From contig CAVVMW010000023.1 in the NCBI GenBank assembly GCA_963749495.1, positions 216,006 through 280,005 of the forward strand: a DNA stretch of 64,000 bases, read 5' to 3'. A program made the translations under genes and the position numbers. Source of the stretch: an uncultured bacterium. Lineage in GTDB: Bacteria; Verrucomicrobiota; Verrucomicrobiia; Limisphaerales; UBA8199. Shown here piece by piece: positions 45,051 to 53,208 of the stretch (positions are counted from its first letter, which is position 1; the number at the start of each line of letters is the position of its first letter). A model generated the notes under the pieces. The model worked only from the letters and a program-made list of their open reading frames with translations. It was not told the origin of the DNA and made no database searches.

Positions 45051-46227
45051 GATATCTCCTCCACCAATCCTGCATCCAGCGGGTTTTGAATCGCACCCGC
45101 GCGCCTTCGACCTCCTCCACGTAGAAGTCATCCGCCAACCAGGTCAGGAGAAGATCGAACCCGGATGCATCGGCGGGGGCTTCCGATTCCTTGTGGTAAA
45201 GGCCAAGCAGGACAGAGCGGCGGAGCGGTTTCTTAGCGATGGCCAATTCGCGCAAGATGATTCTGGCGACTCGCGCCTCCGCGGGCGAGTAGTAACGCTG
45301 CAATCGCTCGTGATAATCCTCGAAACAGTTGCGAAACTCGGGACCAAGAGCCCTCTGCTCGTAGCACTCCTGCACCATCCTCGGATTGGGCGGCTCTTTC
45401 CGCCGGCGGGCCTCGTTGGCGACCACCGAAGCCATGATTTGGATGAAGATAGGGAGAAACGTGGCAGTCTGGTCCAGGAACGCTTCTATCGTTGGCTCAT
45501 CCAACACCACGTCGCGTGCCCCCAACAGAAGAGAAGCCAACTCCTGCGCCTTGGGTCGCTCAAGTGGTCCGACTTCGACGGGTCTGAGGTCGTTGATCTT
45601 GGCCGAAGCGCCGATCATGGAGGCTATCCGGGGCAAACCGATGGAGCCGCCTACGAGCTGCCGGACCTGGCGGAACAAATCCGGAGCCTGACGGAGATGC
45701 CGAAGCCAGTCGAGGAGATCCTGCGCCAACCTCTTCCCGTCCTGGCCGGGGTTTGCAACTAACTTGTGGAGGAGTATCGCCAGCTCATCAATGGCAATCA
45801 GTAGTTTCTTGCCGGGCCTCAGGGCGTCCCGCACCACTGTCTCCCCTTGCACCCGCCAAGAGCCTTTGAGCTGTTCCCGTAGCTTGACCTTAAGTTCCCA
45901 AACCTCAAGTTGTTCGATGCTCCCCACCACCTTGGAGAGCAGTCGTTGGAGGATGCCCTTGCTGTCGTTTCGCAGCCTGGAGGCCTTGATCGCCAGATCG
46001 GCCACCAGGTCTTCGGGAGAATCGTAGTCCTGACCGTTGATCCACAAGACCTCGAAGCCCTCCATCGGCTCGTCGATAAGCTTCTGAATCAAACTGGACT
46101 TGCCCACCCGTCGAGGGGCTGCCAACAGCACCGAGTGACTATCCAGAGTCTGCCACAAAGTCCGAATAGTTTCTTCTCTGTCGAAGAACTCCTCACCGGA
46201 AACCGGCGGACCGATTGTAATGTTCAT
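45034..46227 (-). CDS. PF01637-like (archaeal ATPase / ATPase_2) P-loop ATPase
   Basis: The ATG at 46227 gives MNITIGPPVSGEEFFDREETIRTLWQTLDSHSVLLAAPRRVGKSSLIQKL, the classic F-x-D/G-R-E-x-E...GPRRxGKT/SSL N-terminus. Walker B is KLLIAIDELAIL. The 3' end overlaps the next gene by 17 nt. Confidence 0.8.
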   Translation of the reverse strand: MNITIGPPVSGEEFFDREETIRTLWQTLDSHSVLLAAPRRVGKSSLIQKLIDEPMEGFEVLWINGQDYDSPEDLVADLAIKASRLRNDSKGILQRLLSKVVGSIEQLEVWELKVKLREQLKGSWRVQGETVVRDALRPGKKLLIAIDELAILLHKLVANPGQDGKRLAQDLLDWLRHLRQAPDLFRQVRQLVGGSIGLPRIASMIGASAKINDLRPVEVGPLERPKAQELASLLLGARDVVLDEPTIEAFLDQTATFLPIFIQIMASVVANEARRRKEPPNPRMVQECYEQRALGPEFRNCFEDYHERLQRYYSPAEARVARIILRELAIAKKPLRRSVLLGLYHKESEAPADASGFDLLLTWLADDFYVEEVEGARVRFKTRWMQDWWRRYHGSKP

Positions 46228-46237
46228 AACGGTTTTG

Positions 46238-46258
46238 TTACATAACAATAGTGTTACG
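46238..46258. promoter_or_regulatory. GTTAC-N9-GTGTTAC motif sharing TAGTGTTACG with the 4035-4054 palindrome
   Basis: Lies 11-31 nt upstream of the ATPase start (minus strand) in an AT-rich patch. The 10-mer TAGTGTTACG (46249-46258) is identical to 4046-4055. Confidence 0.3.
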
Positions 46259-46432
46259 TAATAAGTACAGTTTGCACCATCTTGGCCCCCATGTCAACCA
46301 CAACCGGGCTCTATGCGTCACCAACATACCTGCGCCAGAATAGCTCCGTGGCGCGGTTGGCTGAGCCGTGGAAACCGAAGCGGTCGGTGAATCGCCGCGA
46401 ATGGTGTTGACGCCCTGTCGTGCCCGAGCATT

Positions 46433-47624
46433 ATGGCTGGCATGAACGCGTACCGAAACCCACCCCTTCCACCGCGCGTCCGGTCCGATGTGCGGGGTAA
46501 GCCTTTCTTTGCCTCAGCTTTGCGGCCAGTGATCTGCTGCCTTGTGCTCTCACTTTGCGCAGGCGGCCCAAGCCGCGCCTCTGGCGGAGACGCCCCTCAG
46601 GTTGTGCCGGCCCCTGTGGCCGCAAGCGCATCTCCGGAAACCAAGGCCTTGCTGCAACTGCTCTATCGCATTTCCGGGAAGCACACTCTCACCGGCCAGC
46701 ACAATTTCCCCAACACGAAGGACACCTTCACTCAGCGTACGGCCCAGGTCTGCGGCAAAGTGTCGGCCGTCTTCGGCCAGGACTTCGGCTTTGCCGCCCC
46801 GGGCAACCAGGACGCGGCAACCGCCCGGCCGGACATTATCGCTGAAATCAAGCGGCAGCACGAGAAAGGCTCGATCATCACGCTCTGCTGGCACGCGGTG
46901 CGGCCCACAGATGACGAACCGGTGACCTTCCGGGGCAGCGTGCAGGGCAAGCTCACCGACCAGCAATGGAACGACCTGCTCACGCCCGGCACGGAACTCC
47001 ACAAACGGTGGTGCGCCCAAGTCGATGTCATCGCGGGATACCTCAAAGAGCTTCAGGCGGCGCGCATCCCGGTGCTCTGGCGCCCGTATCATGAAATGAA
47101 CGGCGACTGGTTCTGGTGGGGCGGCCGGGGCGGGACCAACGGCACCGTGGCCCTCTACCGCCAATTGTTCGAGCGGTTCCAAAACCACCATCGGCTCAAC
47201 AACCTCCTCTGGGTCTGGAGCGTGGATCGGCCCACCGCTCCGCAACGGCAGTTCGCCGACTATTTCCCGGGCACCAACTACTTCGATGTGGCCTCGCTCG
47301 ATGTCTATCGAAGCGACTTCAACCCGGCCTATTATCAGGACCTGCTCAAGATCGCGGCAGGCAGGCCGATCGCGCTGGCCGAGGTTCGGGCCGGCGCCCA
47401 CGTTGGCCGTGCTGGAGCAGCAACCCGGGTGGACCTGGTGGATGACCTGGGCGGGCATGGTTGGGGGCAGATGGGGTGGCGCCACCAATGCACTCCAGGC
47501 GCTGGTGAACGCGCCTCGCTCGCTGAGCCTGGATGATCCCGCGTATCGCGCCGCGATTGCTCCAATCCGCGCAGCCTCGGGTCTGTCGGAGGCCGGCCCA
47601 GCGAGCAGTGAAATCAAGCGATGA
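46433..47624 (+). CDS. GH26 beta-mannanase-like glycoside hydrolase (frameshift near 47386)
   Basis: GKHTLTGQHNFPN, CWHAVRP and the hallmark RPYHEMNGDWFWWG. The tail continues in the 47286..47624 frame (…IALAEVG|PAPTLAVLEQQPGWTWWMTWAG…). Confidence 0.8.
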
Positions 47625-47734
47625 AAAGAGGGCAGAAGGTATGCTCTGGCTATGACACATGCCGACGCGATGCTCCACCGGTTCAGGGGCTGCGCGGCAC
47701 ATTGACTAATTTCCTCAACCCCCCAAATTGGCGC

Positions 47735-48961
47735 ATGAAGAACCTGAATTTGCGAGCGGCGCTGGTGGCCAGCCTATGGGCGCTGGCGGGAGCCGGTTGC
47801 CTTTACGGACAGGATTGGCCGCAGTGGCGCGGGCCGAACCGGGACGGAAAAGCGGCTGGATTTGTGGCGCCCGACAAGTGGCCCGAAAAGCTGACCCAGA
47901 AATGGAGCGTTCCGGTTGGGGTGGGCGACTCGACGCCGGCGCTAGTCGGCGACAGATTGTATGTCTTTGGCCGGCAGGATGCCGAGGAAGTCATCCAGTG
48001 CCTGGACGTTGGCAGCGGCAAACAGATCTGGGAGAACCGCTACCCGGCTCAGCACGTGGTCACCGGACCACCCGCCCGGCACCCCGGGACCCGGAGTTCG
48101 CCGGTCGTGGCGGACGGCAAGGTCTGCGCCTTGGGAGTCGGCGGCATTCTCTCCTGTCTGGACGCAAGCACCGGCAAGCTGCTGTGGCGCAAACAATCCC
48201 CGGACGATTTCCTGGGCACTCCCTGCCGCTTCGATGCTGCCATGTCGCCGATCGTCGCGGACGGCCGGTGCATCGTCCATATCGGCGCCAAAACCAACGG
48301 CGCTATCGTGGCCTTCGACCTGCCGACTGGTGAGCCGAAGTGGAAATGGACGGGTGACGGCCCGGCATTTTCGTCGCCAATCACCATGGTGGTCCAGGGC
48401 AGCGAGCAACTGGTGACCCTCACAGCCAAATTCGTGGTGGGCCTGGATCTGGCTGCGGGCAAGTTACTCTGGCAGGTGCCATTCGAGGCCGTGCAGGGGA
48501 ACCTCACGACGCCCGTCATCGATGGCCAGACGGTCATCTATACCGGCCAGGGCAAAGGGATGTCCGCCCTCAAAATAGAGAGGCGGGGCGAGGGTTTCGC
48601 CGCCACGCCCCTCTGGACCAACAGCCAACTCGGGGCGCGATTCACCACGCCGGTTTTGAAAGACGGCCTGCTTTTCGGTTACAATAACCATTTCTTCTGC
48701 GCCAGCGCCCAAAACGGCGCCACGCTGTGGACTGACACAGTCAACCGGGGCAACAGCGCGGCCCTGGTGGACGCCGGGTCGGTCATCCTGGCCACCACCG
48801 TCAACTCGGAACTGACCGCCTTGCGTCCCAGCCAAAGGGAATATGTTGAGCTCGCGAAGTTCAAGGTGGCCGGCACGGAAGTCTGGGCCCACCCGGTCCT
48901 GGCCGGCAATCGGATCTATGTGCGGGACCGGGAGACCGTGACGCTCTGGGTAACGGAGTGA
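47735..48961 (+). CDS. Secreted PQQ-like beta-propeller repeat protein
   Basis: The ATG at 47735 gives the signal peptide MKNLNLRAALVASLWALAGAGCLYG, followed by QDWPQWRGPNRDGKA. Repeated VADGKV/VGDRLYVF/DASTGKLLW-type PQQ-propeller blades follow. Confidence 0.8.
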   Translation: MKNLNLRAALVASLWALAGAGCLYGQDWPQWRGPNRDGKAAGFVAPDKWPEKLTQKWSVPVGVGDSTPALVGDRLYVFGRQDAEEVIQCLDVGSGKQIWENRYPAQHVVTGPPARHPGTRSSPVVADGKVCALGVGGILSCLDASTGKLLWRKQSPDDFLGTPCRFDAAMSPIVADGRCIVHIGAKTNGAIVAFDLPTGEPKWKWTGDGPAFSSPITMVVQGSEQLVTLTAKFVVGLDLAAGKLLWQVPFEAVQGNLTTPVIDGQTVIYTGQGKGMSALKIERRGEGFAATPLWTNSQLGARFTTPVLKDGLLFGYNNHFFCASAQNGATLWTDTVNRGNSAALVDAGSVILATTVNSELTALRPSQREYVELAKFKVAGTEVWAHPVLAGNRIYVRDRETVTLWVTE

Positions 48962-48989
48962 ACTGAGCACGGAAGCTCACGGAGACTTT

Positions 48990-49700
48990 ATGATTACAGT
49001 TCGTTCGTTCCTGGTTCTCGGCCTGGCACTCGTTCTTGGCCTCGCCATTTTTGGCTTTCAGATTGGTCGTGCGGTGAAAACCGGACGTGAATTTGACCGC
49101 TATCTTGAAGTCAAAGGCCTGTCCGAACGCGAGGTAAAGGCGACCCTGGTCATCTGGCCGATCCGATTTTCTGTCTCCGCCGAGGAATTGGGCGCATTGA
49201 AGACGGCGATGGAAACCAACCGCGCTCTGGTCCTCTCCTTTCTGGAAGAGAGGGGTGTAGATTCCAAGGAGATTACGCAGGGCTTGCCCGTAGTGAGCGA
49301 CCGGGAGGATGAGAGGATTCAGGCTAATCGGCCTTCCCTTGCCCGATACCGTGGCGTGGTCACTTTGGTCGTGAGAAGCTCGAATGTGGACGTGGTGAAA
49401 AAGGCGATTCAGGGTGCGGATGCGCTGCTCGAAAAGGGCGTAACACTGGCCGGCAACGAGTCCGGGGATCGGATTGAGTTTATTTTTAACGCCGTGAACG
49501 ACATTAAGCCTGATATGATCAAGGAAGCCACGGCTAATGCCAGGGCTGCGGCTGAGAAATTCGCCCAAGACTCAAAGAGCAAAGTGGGGCGCATTCGTAA
49601 AGCGACCCAGGGTGCCCTGGAAATTGGGGACCGGGACGCGGCTTCTCCCGAGAGGAAAGTCCTCCGCGTGGTCACCACGGTCGATTTCTTCCTGGAATGA
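48990..49700 (+). CDS. SIMPL (DUF541) domain protein
   Basis: N-terminal TM helix, then RYLEVKGLSEREVKA...VTLVVRSSNVDVVKKAI...IKEATANARAAAEKFAQDSKSKVGRIRKATQG...VTTVDFFLE, colinear with the SIMPL family. Confidence 0.8.
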   Translation: MITVRSFLVLGLALVLGLAIFGFQIGRAVKTGREFDRYLEVKGLSEREVKATLVIWPIRFSVSAEELGALKTAMETNRALVLSFLEERGVDSKEITQGLPVVSDREDERIQANRPSLARYRGVVTLVVRSSNVDVVKKAIQGADALLEKGVTLAGNESGDRIEFIFNAVNDIKPDMIKEATANARAAAEKFAQDSKSKVGRIRKATQGALEIGDRDAASPERKVLRVVTTVDFFLE

Positions 49701-49761
49701 GGCTGCCCAACCGCTCGCTGGGCGGGACGGGTGCCAACCGTTTCACTCAGCAAACGAAATG

Positions 49762-50181
49762 TCACGCCCAAGCCAATATGACAGCGCCGCTCACGATGAG
49801 CGCCCCTCCGAGGTAATGGTGCCAGTTCAGTTTTTCGCCAAGCACCATTGCCGCCAGCGCGATGGCGAACACCACGCTCAGCTTGTCCACGGGCGCTACG
49901 CGGGATGCCTGGCCCAGTTGGAGGGCGCGGAAGTAACAGAGCCAAGAGAGTCCGGTGGCCATGCCGGAGAGGGCTAGAAAGGCCAGCGTTCGTTGCGACA
50001 ACTGGCGCAAAGAAGCCGCCGGGTTCGTCGCCAGCGCGATGGCCCACGTGAACGCAAGAACCACGGTGGTGCGCACCGCCGTCGCCAGATTGGAATCCAC
50101 CCCGGACACGCCGACCTTGGCAAGGATGGCGGTGATTCCGGCGAAAAAGGCTGATAGCAAAGCCCAAAGAAACCAGTTCAT
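49762..50181 (-). CDS. Small EamA/DMT-superfamily membrane protein
   Basis: The ATG at 50181 gives MNWFLWALLSAFFAGITAILAKVGV... The protein is 139 aa with four or five predicted TM helices and an EamA-like end, KLNWHHYLGGALIVSGAVIL. Confidence 0.8.
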   Translation of the reverse strand: MNWFLWALLSAFFAGITAILAKVGVSGVDSNLATAVRTTVVLAFTWAIALATNPAASLRQLSQRTLAFLALSGMATGLSWLCYFRALQLGQASRVAPVDKLSVVFAIALAAMVLGEKLNWHHYLGGALIVSGAVILAWA

Positions 50182-50660
50182 GCTGCCAAGCCTGCCTAAA
50201 CAAGCTTGTTGAGTCAAATCGGCGCCGGCCAGTGGAAAAGCGCAACGGTTTTACTGTGCCCGGCTTGTCTGGTGAGCCCGAACACAACGCGCTCGGCCGT
50301 TCGCAATGGTCTTGAATACTTACTCCAGCCGGTTTTCGGAGCTTGCGGTCTGAGCGGTTGCCCCTCACCTTCGGGGCGAATCCGCAACATTCCATGAAAT
50401 CCAAAATGCTCAGCAACCGCAGGATAGTGGCCGGGCCGCTGCACCAAAACGACAAGACCGGGAGCGTCTGGGGAGAAGTTGGGGCAGCGGCCATGACCGG
50501 TCCGCTCGATCCAGGCGTCAGTGAGGGCGAACTGGACAGCGCCCGGCGGTTGGGCGAGCGCGTAGCGCGGCTGGCCCAGAAGCTGAAGCCGCCGCGCCCC
50601 TCTTAATTAATTCCCATTTTCCTCTCGGCGGACGAAGCCAAAGCGTCCCGATGGATCGCT

Positions 50661-50741
50661 GTCCCGGAGGGACACATGAGAATAGCCCAATGCTTTAGCA
50701 TTGGGTTGGCGTGCCCCAAAACGGTCCAGTCCCGAAGGGAC
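50661..50741. repeat. REP-like hairpin trio
   Basis: GTCCCGGAGGGAC, CCCAATGCTTTAGCATTGGG and GTCCCGAAGGGAC. These are the same hairpin types as in 58236-58432. Confidence 0.5.
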
Positions 50742-50857
50742 GGCTGAGCGGCCCGACAAACAGCCTCCACATCCCAAGTGACAGAAGTCCGGCCTCCCGG
50801 AAATCTGTCAGGAAAACGGCCCGGTCGCCCCGCGCTTGGCTTGGTCCACCCAGGGCT

Positions 50858-51048
50858 GTTGACAAAGTCGCTCGGCGCGCCTGTGCGCCAGGGGCGCCAG
50901 CGTAGCGCAGACTTCCAAGTCTGCTGTATCGCGGGTTTCCAAACCCGCAGGCTGTCCGCAAACCGAGGGCGCTCGACATGCCGACGCCCTGCCGATTGGA
51001 AATCGGCGATACAGCAGGTTTGGAAACCTGCGCTACGGCTTTGTCAAC
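50858..51048 (+). mobile_element. MITE-like 191-bp element, copy A
   Basis: Terminal inverted repeats GTTGACAAAG(T/C)CG...CG(G/A)CTTTGTCAAC. The interior is made of short hairpins with TTCCAA/TTGGAA loops. The reverse complement matches copy B with approx 9 substitutions and 1 indel (hand alignment). Confidence 0.6.
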
Positions 51049-51112
51049 ACCCCTGTTGGTCCGCCCCCGCCAATTCCCGTTCTTGCTACTTGGGTTTCTG
51101 CGGTTACATTAG

Positions 51113-51685
51113 GTGAAGCAAATCTGCCCAGAACCAATGGCGCGATTCGTCAATTACCAGAAACGCGGCGTCGAACTGCCTCCCGGGTGCAAGGACCTCA
51201 TCGACGTTCTGAAGGGGAAGTGGAAGGCCAAAGCCGACAACGTGTTCGCGGGCAAGTGGGAGGCAGTGCCCAAACCTGACCTCTTTCCCAGCGGCGGCAT
51301 TGGGCAAATCGAGCGCTACGTGACGCGAATTTTGGTGTCGCCGGCCAAGTTCGCGGCGTTGATCATGTCGTCTCTCGACAAACAGGTCGTGACGGGGCTG
51401 TATCGGCATCCCTGCGCAGACACCTTTGACGTGGTGTTGTTTGTGCGGCGGAACGACGAGGCGCTGGAGCAGGCCATTCGGGGGTTTTTCAAGGAGCGTG
51501 GGATCGACCACACGCTGGATTACCTTTGCAGCGGCGGGGTGGAGCCCAACTACATGCGAGCACTGAAATATCCGCTGCCGTCCGACGCGAAGCAGACCGC
51601 CGGACTTCTGGCCGATTTGCTCAAAGGCGTGTTCGCCCTGGATGCGGAGGCGGGACTCGCGTTCGCCTATCATGAAACCTTCTAA
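51113..51685 (+). CDS. Hypothetical protein
   Basis: 190-aa ORF (alternative ATG at 51137, MARFVNYQKRGVELPPGCKDLIDVL) with non-shadow composition. No family recognised. Confidence 0.5.
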   Translation: MKQICPEPMARFVNYQKRGVELPPGCKDLIDVLKGKWKAKADNVFAGKWEAVPKPDLFPSGGIGQIERYVTRILVSPAKFAALIMSSLDKQVVTGLYRHPCADTFDVVLFVRRNDEALEQAIRGFFKERGIDHTLDYLCSGGVEPNYMRALKYPLPSDAKQTAGLLADLLKGVFALDAEAGLAFAYHETF

Positions 51686-51918
51686 AGATGGCCAAGCCGG
51701 GCGAAACCCTGGACATGGGCGAGACGCCGTTCTGAAGCCTTCGGCCGGCGAGACACTCGGGCAGGGCAGGGGAAGGCTGCCGCCCGTCGTCCGCCCCGAC
51801 GCCGGTGGGTTCTCCGGCCTCAGCGAGCACGCGTCACCGATCCGGCCACTGAAGCCTTGCCGGGAGGCTCCGAGTCTCGCGACCCGTGTGGGGGTCACGA
51901 GCTGCTCGCGGCGGTCGT

Positions 51919-52251
51919 TTAAACTGCCGCTGAAGCCGCCGCTTGCTCGTCGCGAAGACGCTTCTCGGCGAGCACCGGGGCGCTTCCGATTCGCGAGTTG
52001 TCTTCAGTGGCGATTGTGGCCAACCCCCTGCCAAAACCCTTTAGCGTGTTGTGCCAACGCCCATTGCCCGTGAGCGGATCCAGACAAAAGATTTCGCCGC
52101 AACAGGAGGCGAGAACTGCCTCGTTTTGCACGACCACATTGACAAAGTCGTAGCCTTTGAGATGGGTCGCCCACACCTGCTGACCCGTGGCGCGATTCAC
52201 CGCCACGACCGACCCTTTGATGCCAACGAACACTAAGTCCGAGGTTTTCAT
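51919..52251 (-). CDS. Small PQQ-propeller-repeat-like protein
   Basis: ATG at 52251. VFVGIKGSVVAVNRATGQQVWATHL and IFCLDPLTGNGRWHN resemble two PQQ/BamB-type blades. 110 aa. Confidence 0.5.
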   Translation of the reverse strand: MKTSDLVFVGIKGSVVAVNRATGQQVWATHLKGYDFVNVVVQNEAVLASCCGEIFCLDPLTGNGRWHNTLKGFGRGLATIATEDNSRIGSAPVLAEKRLRDEQAAASAAV

Positions 52252-52478
52252 AAAATATCCGCTTTCACCGCACATGTAGCCTGCGCAAATTCACTTCGCT
52301 GACCTGCGAATTGAGGACCCAGGAACCGCAGATCAGGCCAATGCCAAATCACTCGCGTCTTCATCGTTGCTGAGATTACGAGTTCGGGCCGGGTTGTTCA
52401 ATTCCAAGGACCATCAAGCAACTGCCTGATCCAGAGATGTGGCTTGAAGCCATCGGCGTCTGCCCGTAGATTACACGC

Positions 52479-52901
52479 ATGATTGCGACTGCACCAACCT
52501 CGGAGAGTGTGAAGGAACGCTGGCGCACGGCAGCACGCTTTGCCGACGTGCTGGAAGCGGAAGTAAAGGCGCGCCGGAACCCATTCGCAACGCGAGTGGC
52601 TTCCTGGTTCAACCTTTGCCGCATCTGCCAGGACCTGGAAGAGCAGATGTTGCTGGCAGAGCCCGCCGACATGGCTGATCAGCGGCTCCATCGAGTAATG
52701 CTCTCCACGGCGATCGCCAGTGGGGAGGGGTTGATGATCGAGCACGGGGATGCCGAGGCCCTCAAGGCGCTGCGCCTTTCGCCGGAGGCGCTGGCCGCGA
52801 AGCTCGACTCGCTGCGCATCACCTTCGCGCAGTGGCACACGGAGATGAAGCCGGAACGGCAAGCCGCCATTCTGCGGGAGGCCTTCGGTGGCCAGATGTG
52901 A
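52479..52901 (+). CDS. Hypothetical helical protein
   Basis: 140-aa ORF with helical, charged sequence. Overlaps the next small ORF by 14 nt. Confidence 0.4.
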   Translation: MIATAPTSESVKERWRTAARFADVLEAEVKARRNPFATRVASWFNLCRICQDLEEQMLLAEPADMADQRLHRVMLSTAIASGEGLMIEHGDAEALKALRLSPEALAAKLDSLRITFAQWHTEMKPERQAAILREAFGGQM

Positions 52902-53115
52902 GGAACTGGAGGCCATCCTCCAGGCGCAGTTCGAGTTGGAGTATGCCGAACCGGAGGCCCTGGATGAGCGATTGCGCCGCTTGAACGTCCTCCTGGACCA
53001 AGTGATTGCCGGCGCCGCCTTGACCCGCCTCGATTTGTTGTCTGCCCTGCGGGACCGCTACAAGGAATACAAGCGGGCGCAGTTGTTGGCGGAGGCGAAG
53101 CGGAGAACGGTCTGA
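52888..53115 (+). CDS. Hypothetical 75-aa coiled-coil protein
   Basis: GTG start overlapping the previous ORF. Sequence is Glu/Leu/Arg-rich and helical. Confidence 0.3.
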   Translation: MARCEELEAILQAQFELEYAEPEALDERLRRLNVLLDQVIAGAALTRLDLLSALRDRYKEYKRAQLLAEAKRRTV

Positions 53116-53208
53116 GCCGCGCCCGGCGCGCCGGACGTAGCGGCCTCCACAGCGACGGGCAGACCGAACGATTGAGCTGCGCTGGCACCCACATTGCGTT
53201 CATGACCA

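Noticed and set aside
49409-50494. 361-aa minus-strand ORF spanning the SIMPL 3' end, the EamA gene and beyond
   Set aside because: It is out of frame with the well-supported EamA gene on the same strand and antisense to SIMPL, with nonsense composition.
50214-50606. Open minus-strand frame of approx 130 codons with coding-like codon usage (…LALTDAWIERTGHGRCPNFSPDAPGLVVLVQRPGHYPAVAEHFGFHGM…)
   Set aside because: It may be a real small gene, but it has no ATG/GTG start (only a TTG midway) and matches no family I can recognise. Given the indel problem I could not define boundaries, so it is not called.
50778-51116. ORFs inside the MITE-like copies (50778..51116, 50695..50979, 57391..57741, 57476..57769, 57573..57764)
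   Set aside because: They are translations of the repeat itself (…QVCCIAGFQTRR…, …DWKSAIQQVWKPALR…) on both strands, and the identical element occurs twice in inverted orientation.
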